This document shows positions 58,341 to 64,000 of a stretch of DNA of 64,000 bases, in pieces. A model generated the notes under the pieces. That model was not told the origin of the DNA and ran no database searches. It worked only from the letters and a program-made list of their open reading frames with translations. Source of the DNA: an uncultured Candidatus Saccharibacteria bacterium (lineage in GTDB: Bacteria; Patescibacteriota; Minisyncoccia; Portnoybacterales; UBA2143); the NCBI GenBank assembly GCA_964548405.1, contig CAZJPW010000002.1, positions 17 to 64,016 of the forward strand, read 5' to 3'. Numbering within the stretch: position 1 is the first letter of the stretch; each line of letters opens with the position of its first letter. Both the position numbers and the translations under genes were made by a program.

Positions 58341-60034
58341 TTCTCACAATATACAATTTCTTTTCTATCTGGGGAATAAGTTGTTTGGAATTTAGTATTA
58401 CAGCCTTTTTTCATACATTGTCTGTTGTATAATTTCATTGGATTTCTCAATTTAATTCTATCCTGATGCCTGCATTCATGACATAATCTTGGAATAGGAA
58501 TGCCTTGTTTTTTATAAAACTTATACTCTCCTGGAATTAATCTGAATACTTTAGTCCCCTGACAATCTTTATTTTCACATTCTACTACCTCTTTTAATAT
58601 TTTATCATCTACATCCTTAATATCATCTGGAATGTCTTGAGCTTTAATTGTCGCCTTATACTCTGCCTCCGACTTACCATACCAATTAAATCCTTGTTCC
58701 TTAGCTTTATCTTCAGAAAGAGGGAAATATTCATTAGCTATGGTTTCATTATATCCAAAAGGACTTAATTCAGCTGGGAAAAACTCTCCGTATTTATATA
58801 CCCTCCCTTTTTTATCAACATATGGCATCTCATCCATATGTTTTTTAATTTTAGGAACTAATTCTTCATATTCTTTTTTAGTATATTGCTTGTTTAAAAT
58901 ACAATATTTTTTATGACGCAATCCAACACAACCAAAAAGATGATGAGAATTATTTGAACCAATAGTATATTCCATATCATACAAATTAATCATATGATCT
59001 TTAACACTCTTAGGTATATTCAGCCAACAAAATTTAGTTTGATACCCTCCACTTTCTTCAAGTTCATAACAAAGTTCGCCACCAGCAATAGCTATGTCAT
59101 AACATTCTTTACTAGGCATAAAAAGAATCATTTGACAGTAAGAACAATCTTCTAAATCTCTATTAATGAACGAATTTTGAACATTTTTACAATTGTTTAA
59201 GTAGTCTCCAGATACATCAATGCTTTTTCGACTATGCATAAACTTATTTGGAAATTTCATTTGGAATTCTTTAGCTTTTTTTTCTAAAGCTAAAATACTT
59301 TTATATGAACCAAGATTAAATTCTTTTAATTTTTCTTCATATTCTTTCTTAGAATAGGCTTTATTAAATATATGGTATTTTTTATGCCTTAAATTAACAC
59401 AGCCAAAACAATTCTGGCAATTAACTAAATTCTTAGAAAACCAAACATTAGAACATTCGTGACAATCAGTTGAAAAAAATACTTGATAACATTTAGCGCA
59501 ATCAAATAGGTTATATGAAAGTTCCACATCATTTACTTTAACCAAATCGTAGCTATCTAAAGACCCCGTAGTATCAATCGCATAAGCCACATTTTCAGAC
59601 ATGCCCGTATTAAAAACTAAATAACAGTTTTTAATATGACCTGTATTATTAGTAAAAGGACTATTAACCGAATCTAATTCAAATTTATGAGGAAATCCGA
59701 CTTGATGCAATAATTCTTCAATTTGTTTAAGAAGTGGCTTATTAAAATCATATTCCTTTCCATATTTCATAGCATCCATTTTATCAGACCACCAATATTT
59801 TCCATCATAAACTTTAAAAGGAAACTTAGGTGAAATACAGGCAAAAACCTCCTTATCAAGCCCTTCTACTTTTCTCTTGTAAAGAATCCGGCCACTTCTA
59901 AAAGCCAGTCGCCTTTGACTACGACAGCCAGGACACCAAGTTGGCTCCGGCGCATCTATCTTATGATAAAAATCACTATCCTCCGGAAAGATAGTGAATT
60001 CTTCATGACAGCTTTGACACTTCTTTTTTTTCAT
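58316..60034 (-). CDS. Cysteine-rich bookend zinc-ribbon paralogue 3 (572 aa)
   Basis: Same architecture. Overlaps paralogue 2 by 25 nt. Confidence 0.6.
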   Translation of the reverse strand: MKKKKCQSCHEEFTIFPEDSDFYHKIDAPEPTWCPGCRSQRRLAFRSGRILYKRKVEGLDKEVFACISPKFPFKVYDGKYWWSDKMDAMKYGKEYDFNKPLLKQIEELLHQVGFPHKFELDSVNSPFTNNTGHIKNCYLVFNTGMSENVAYAIDTTGSLDSYDLVKVNDVELSYNLFDCAKCYQVFFSTDCHECSNVWFSKNLVNCQNCFGCVNLRHKKYHIFNKAYSKKEYEEKLKEFNLGSYKSILALEKKAKEFQMKFPNKFMHSRKSIDVSGDYLNNCKNVQNSFINRDLEDCSYCQMILFMPSKECYDIAIAGGELCYELEESGGYQTKFCWLNIPKSVKDHMINLYDMEYTIGSNNSHHLFGCVGLRHKKYCILNKQYTKKEYEELVPKIKKHMDEMPYVDKKGRVYKYGEFFPAELSPFGYNETIANEYFPLSEDKAKEQGFNWYGKSEAEYKATIKAQDIPDDIKDVDDKILKEVVECENKDCQGTKVFRLIPGEYKFYKKQGIPIPRLCHECRHQDRIKLRNPMKLYNRQCMKKGCNTKFQTTYSPDRKEIVYCEKCYQKEIE

Positions 60035-60039
60035 AAATA

Positions 60040-61458
60040 TTAAACTAATGGTTCAGGATCTTTATCTTCTTCTTTAGATTTTTCAACTTTACCAGTTTTT
60101 TTAACCATTTCCTCTTCTTCTAATTTCTTTTTAACTTCTGCCAAAGGAAGAGCATATTTTTCTCTGCTTTGCTTAATAATTTCATCTTTAAACGATTTAT
60201 GATTAGGTGATAAAACTTTTAAGGTTTCAGCAGAAAAAGGATCAAAAGTTTCTCCATCAATAGTCATTTTAATGTAAAATTCTTGAATACCTAAATTAAT
60301 CATATCTTCAGCTCCAAAAACAGGTGTCATTTCTACAGCCATTCTAGCAGCATCATCTCCGCCAATTCTAAAAGTAACCATTGTTCCAATATTTCCTAAA
60401 ACTGTAGCTAAAACTCTTTCTAATAACTGAGCAATATATTGATGAGCGACAGTAATACATAACCCATATTTCCTTGATTCAGCAAATAGGTTTTCAAAAG
60501 TAGTCGTAACTAAGTTTTGAAACTCATCTACATAAAGATAGAAATCTTCCCTATCTTGTTCAGGCATTGAAGCTCTAGCCATACCAGCTTGATAAAGTTT
60601 AGTAATAAACATAGAGCCAAAGAAACTACTATTCTCTTCACCCAACTTTCCTTTAGAAAGAGAAATTAAAAGAATTTTCTTCTGATTCATAATTTCTTCT
60701 AAATCAATCTTATTTTCCTTCTGTCCAAAAATATTTCTTAACAAAGGATTAGATAGAAACTGACTTAACTTATTAACTAAAGGAATAATAGCTTCAGTAT
60801 CAAACTTTTCTGACCAATCAGCAAATTCAACTGCCCAGAATCTCTTAACCATATCATCTTCAATATAGTCAATTACTTTTTGACGATAATTCCTATCTGT
60901 TAAAATTTGAATCATACCTCTCATAGTTGCCTCTGGGTAATCAAGTAAAGCCAAAGTAGTAAATCTAAAAACATGTTCTAAGCGTGGCGTCCAGTTAGCT
61001 CCAAATTGTTTTTGTAAAACTTCTAATAAGCCTTGGGTAACCTGATGTTTTAAATCAGGGTCAATATTTGATAAAGGATTAAAAGAAATTGGAAAATCTG
61101 TATCCGAAGGATCTATAACAATAACATCATTAATTCTTTCTTTAGGAATAAATTTTAAAACATCTTCGATGAAATCTCCATGAGGATCAATTAAACAAAC
61201 TCCATGGCCATAAGCAATATCTTGACGGATAATTAATTCCATTAATTTACTTTTACCAACTCCACTTTTACCAACCATATACAAGTGCCTTCTGCGATCT
61301 GCTCTTTTCATACCAAAAATGAACTTCTTTTCTTCCAAAGCAGCTTCGTAATTAGTTCTTCCAAAAAAAGAACACTCTTCAGGATTAACTTTGCCGTAAA
61401 CAGGTAATTCTGGAGGAGGAGGCGCATATTTAATTTTACGAATTGTTCCTCTAGCCAT
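60040..61458 (-). CDS. P-loop NTPase of the HerA/FtsK/VirD4-coupling-protein type (DUF87-like)
   Basis: Walker A MVGKSGVGKS, Walker B LYVDEFQN and a downstream VAHQYIAQL motif typical of TraD/VirD4/HerA ATPases. K/E-rich C-terminal tail. Confidence 0.6.
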   Translation of the reverse strand: MARGTIRKIKYAPPPPELPVYGKVNPEECSFFGRTNYEAALEEKKFIFGMKRADRRRHLYMVGKSGVGKSKLMELIIRQDIAYGHGVCLIDPHGDFIEDVLKFIPKERINDVIVIDPSDTDFPISFNPLSNIDPDLKHQVTQGLLEVLQKQFGANWTPRLEHVFRFTTLALLDYPEATMRGMIQILTDRNYRQKVIDYIEDDMVKRFWAVEFADWSEKFDTEAIIPLVNKLSQFLSNPLLRNIFGQKENKIDLEEIMNQKKILLISLSKGKLGEENSSFFGSMFITKLYQAGMARASMPEQDREDFYLYVDEFQNLVTTTFENLFAESRKYGLCITVAHQYIAQLLERVLATVLGNIGTMVTFRIGGDDAARMAVEMTPVFGAEDMINLGIQEFYIKMTIDGETFDPFSAETLKVLSPNHKSFKDEIIKQSREKYALPLAEVKKKLEEEEMVKKTGKVEKSKEEDKDPEPLV

Positions 61459-61515
61459 AACAAAAGGGCAGTAATATACTACCTTTATTATATCTAAAAA
61501 CTAAAAATTAATCAA

Positions 61516-63228
61516 TTACCCTATTTCTTTGTTATAGCACTTTTCGCAGTAAATAATTTCCTTTCTCTCTGGAGAATAGGTTGTTTGGAATTTAACATTA
61601 CAACCTTCTTTCATGCATTGACGCTCCCATAATTCAAGAGGATTTCTTTGCTTAATGCGCTCAGTATAACGACAATTAGGACATAATCTAGGTAAAGATA
61701 AGTCATTCTTTTTTAGAAAATCATATTCTTGAGGAATAATCCGATATACGCCCGAACCAATACAATGATCATTAGCGCATTTTATTACTTCCTTTAAAAT
61801 TGATTTATCAATACTATCTACATCATCCGGTAAATCTAAAGCATTAATAGTAGGGCGATACTCTGATTTTAAATTTTTATACCAATTATATCCCTTCTCT
61901 TCAATTTGTTTTTTTGTTAATGGAAAATATTCACCGGCTATAGTCTTGTTATAACTAAAAACAGAAAATTCTATTGGAAAGAATTCTCCATATTTATAAA
62001 TTCTTCCTTTTTTATCTTTATAAGGCATATCATTCATATGCTGTTTAATTTTTGGAATTAATTCCTCATATTCCTTCTTGGTATATTGTTTGTTTAAAAT
62101 ACAATGCTTTTTATGCTTTAATCCAATACAACCAAAAAGATTGGATGAACTAAAACAACTATCTGAATATTCTATATTGTAGACATTTTCTAAAATATTT
62201 ATCGAAAATTTAATTTTACTAAGATTAATCCCGGCCGTAACACTTTCGTAAATCAAATTCGCTTTGTCTCCTCCATCAAAAATATCATAGCTATCTTTTA
62301 ATTTCTTACCACCAGCCCAAATATACTTACAGTTTTCCGCGCCGCCCTCTAAAAGATAAAAGGAATAATGACAATTTTTGGAATCTTTAATATCATTACC
62401 AGAAACATTAATTGAATTGTATATACGTGCGTATCTCCGCGGAAAGCCTATCTTAAATTCTTCGAATTTACTTTTTACCTTTTCAAAATTAATATAACTA
62501 TTAAGCCCGTATTTCTCTAACTCTTTTTGATATTCTTTTTTAGAATAGGGCTTATTAAAAATATGATATTTTTTGTGTCTTAAGTTAACACAGCCAAAAC
62601 AATTCTGGCAATTCTTGCAGTCATACAAAAAAGCAGAATCAATGCAATAATCGGAATGCTGACTAAAATAGACATTATAATTTCTATCGCAAAAAATATT
62701 TTCGTAGCATTTTTCACTCTTAATCAGCCAAAAATTATCAAAACAATTTTTAGAATCCCCAACTACTGAATAAGCACAATTTTCAGAATTATTGCCGGTG
62801 CATAAATAACAGTCCTTACAATTGTACGCTCCGGCACAATAATCACAGTTAACCGAACTTTTATTGTAATTATGAGGCCTTGGTATAGCTAATCTTAATT
62901 CTTTAAATTGTTCAAAAAAAGATTTACTAAAATCATACTCCCTTCCATATTCCATAGGATCCCATTTATCCGACCACCAAATCTTTTGATCATAGACTTT
63001 ATAAGGGCTATCTGGATGATAAATAGAAATTATTTCCTTACCTGAGAAATCACATTTTCTTTTATAAAGTTCTAAAAGATTCCAATGAACCATCCGTCTT
63101 TGCATTCTACAATCAGGACAAAAAGTAGGTTCTGGCACATCTATTTTTTTATAAAACTCAAAATCTTCTGGTTCAATAACGAACTTTGATTTACAATTTT
63201 GACATTGTTTTGTTTTAGATTCATCCAT
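61516..63228 (-). CDS. Cysteine-rich bookend zinc-ribbon paralogue 4 (570 aa)
   Basis: Same architecture as paralogues 1-3. Confidence 0.6.
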   Translation of the reverse strand: MDESKTKQCQNCKSKFVIEPEDFEFYKKIDVPEPTFCPDCRMQRRMVHWNLLELYKRKCDFSGKEIISIYHPDSPYKVYDQKIWWSDKWDPMEYGREYDFSKSFFEQFKELRLAIPRPHNYNKSSVNCDYCAGAYNCKDCYLCTGNNSENCAYSVVGDSKNCFDNFWLIKSEKCYENIFCDRNYNVYFSQHSDYCIDSAFLYDCKNCQNCFGCVNLRHKKYHIFNKPYSKKEYQKELEKYGLNSYINFEKVKSKFEEFKIGFPRRYARIYNSINVSGNDIKDSKNCHYSFYLLEGGAENCKYIWAGGKKLKDSYDIFDGGDKANLIYESVTAGINLSKIKFSINILENVYNIEYSDSCFSSSNLFGCIGLKHKKHCILNKQYTKKEYEELIPKIKQHMNDMPYKDKKGRIYKYGEFFPIEFSVFSYNKTIAGEYFPLTKKQIEEKGYNWYKNLKSEYRPTINALDLPDDVDSIDKSILKEVIKCANDHCIGSGVYRIIPQEYDFLKKNDLSLPRLCPNCRYTERIKQRNPLELWERQCMKEGCNVKFQTTYSPERKEIIYCEKCYNKEIG

Positions 63229-63299
63229 ATATTGACTTGGATTTCTAATATGAAGTATAATATTGATAGTACTAAATTACAATGAGAGGGGGATATATC

Positions 63300-63458
63300 A
63301 TGGCACCGGAAAAAATACCTTACGAACTTCCAGCAATTGCTTTCACACTGGAAGACCTTCCATCTCAGACTGCTGCCTGGGGAGGTGGATCAATTTTTCT
63401 ACCTGAATCTGGCGGAGTCTCTCGACCCAAACTCAAAGACAAAACCATCGAAAAATAA
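63300..63458 (+). CDS. Candidate 52-aa micro-protein (MAPEKIPYELPAIAFTLEDLPSQTAAWGGGSIFLPESGGVSRPKLKDKTIEK), GC-rich, opposite strand
   Basis: Hand-translated. RBS GAGGGGG about 7 nt upstream of the ATG and an intrinsic terminator 20 nt downstream. Local GC about 47% against about 33%. Absent from the track because it is under 60 aa. Confidence 0.35.
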   Translation: MAPEKIPYELPAIAFTLEDLPSQTAAWGGGSIFLPESGGVSRPKLKDKTIEK

Positions 63459-63478
63459 TTCTCGATGAACTGTCGCTA

Positions 63479-63521
63479 CCGCTCTTGTGGATACTGAATT
63501 CGCACGAGCGGTATTTTTATT
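63479..63521 (+). terminator. Intrinsic terminator after the micro-ORF (CCGCTCTTGTG...CACGAGCGG hairpin plus TATTTTTATT)
   Basis: A stem of about 9 bp with one mismatch, read directly, followed by a T-tract. Confidence 0.5.
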
Positions 63522-63525
63522 CTCT

Positions 63526-64000
63526 TTATTCTACTTCTTTTTGATAACATTTTTCGCAATATATAATTTCTTTCCTATCTGGAGCATAGCTTGTTTGAAA
63601 TTTAACATCACAACCCTTTTTCATACATTGTCTTTCCCATAACTTTATTGGGTTTCTTTTACTTAATCTTTCTTTATATCGACAATCTGGACAAATTCTT
63701 GACAAAGGCAAATTCATTTTTTTGTAAAACCGATACTCTGACTCAATTATTCTAAAAACTCCAGAACTCTGACAAACACTACCTTCATTACCACACTCTA
63801 TAATCTCTTTCAAAATAGAACTATCTGTATCTTTGATATTATCTGGTAAATTCTCTACTTTAATAGTCGGCTTATGTTCTAATTTAGGACGATCAAGCCA
63901 AGTATATCCCTGTTCTAAAGCCTGCTCCTTTGTTAAAGGAAAGAATTCTTGATTAATAGTTTCGTTGTAGGCAAAAGGACTAAATTCAGCTGGATAAAAC
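63526..64000 (-). CDS. Cysteine-rich bookend zinc-ribbon paralogue 5 (3' part; gene runs off the window edge)
   Basis: The C-terminal module is highly similar to paralogues 1-4 (...CQKEVE). Hand translation shows the frame stays open from 63813 to 64000 (...YFPLTKEQALEQGYTWLDRPKLEHKPTIKVENLPDNIKDTDSSILKE...). The track start at 63813 is only an internal TTG. Confidence 0.6.
   Translation of the reverse strand, partial: FYPAEFSPFAYNETINQEFFPLTKEQALEQGYTWLDRPKLEHKPTIKVENLPDNIKDTDSSILKEIIECGNEGSVCQSSGVFRIIESEYRFYKKMNLPLSRICPDCRYKERLSKRNPIKLWERQCMKKGCDVKFQTSYAPDRKEIIYCEKCYQKEVE

Noticed and set aside
53600-63620. Recurring ~100-bp nucleotide blocks (e.g. GGAATAGGTTGTTTGGAATTT...TTTCATACATTGACG) that at first glance look like dispersed repeats or a CRISPR-like array
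   Set aside because: They sit at equivalent positions, the conserved C-terminal coding region, of five paralogous genes. They are spaced about 1.7-3 kb apart with no short uniform spacers, so they reflect coding paralogy and not a CRISPR or a mobile element.
63526-63813. Track shows paralogue 5 as a 95-aa ORF starting at 63813
   Set aside because: Hand translation shows the reading frame continues without a stop to the window edge at 64000 and keeps matching the other paralogues. The 63813 start is only an internal TTG codon, so the gene is a partial ~570-aa paralogue.
1-64000. Search for rRNA, tRNA, CRISPR arrays, IS elements or integrases
   Set aside because: None was seen. No 16S/23S-like conserved blocks, no tRNA cloverleaves in the few intergenic spacers, no regularly spaced direct repeats and no transposase or integrase motifs in any ORF.

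Overview
The window is a low-GC (about 33-35% by eye) bacterial chromosome segment with roughly 75 genes, nearly all on the minus strand and tightly packed. Several traits suggest a reduced-genome, CPR/Patescibacteria-like organism; this is an inference, not a demonstrated assignment. Those traits are an archaeal-type ProRS, a short AlaRS, a split transketolase, a group-3b-like [NiFe] hydrogenase and near-total gene co-orientation. Recognisable content, from start to end, is: a lytic transglycosylase and rplY; an operon fba-X-pfkB-tktB-tktA-rpe-rpiB-gap-grx-trxB; a DMT transporter; hypC and a four-subunit hydBGDA-like hydrogenase; DsbA; an RNase HII-MGMT fusion; a 2-hydroxyacid dehydrogenase; an orphan histidine kinase; a PlsC/thioester-reductase/methyltransferase trio; an ABC exporter; tgt; a SpoU methyltransferase; a GC-rich small gene with its own consensus promoter; GH5-like and GH1 glycosidases; fpg, mreB, proS, rseP, frr and holB; two GT4 glycosyltransferases; a second mreB and murA; the rpsI-rplM-rplQ-rpoA-rpsD-rpsK-rpsM-rpmJ-infA cluster; an ftsA-like gene; and alaS. 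The most unusual region is 53.5-64 kb. It holds a tandem array of at least five paralogous, cysteine-rich ~570-aa proteins bounded at both ends by the same zinc-ribbon-like module, with no signal peptide or TM segment visible. Interleaved with them are a 14-TM transporter and a VirD4/HerA-like P-loop ATPase. A GC-rich 52-aa micro-ORF with its own RBS and terminator lies on the opposite strand. No rRNA, tRNA or CRISPR array was seen.
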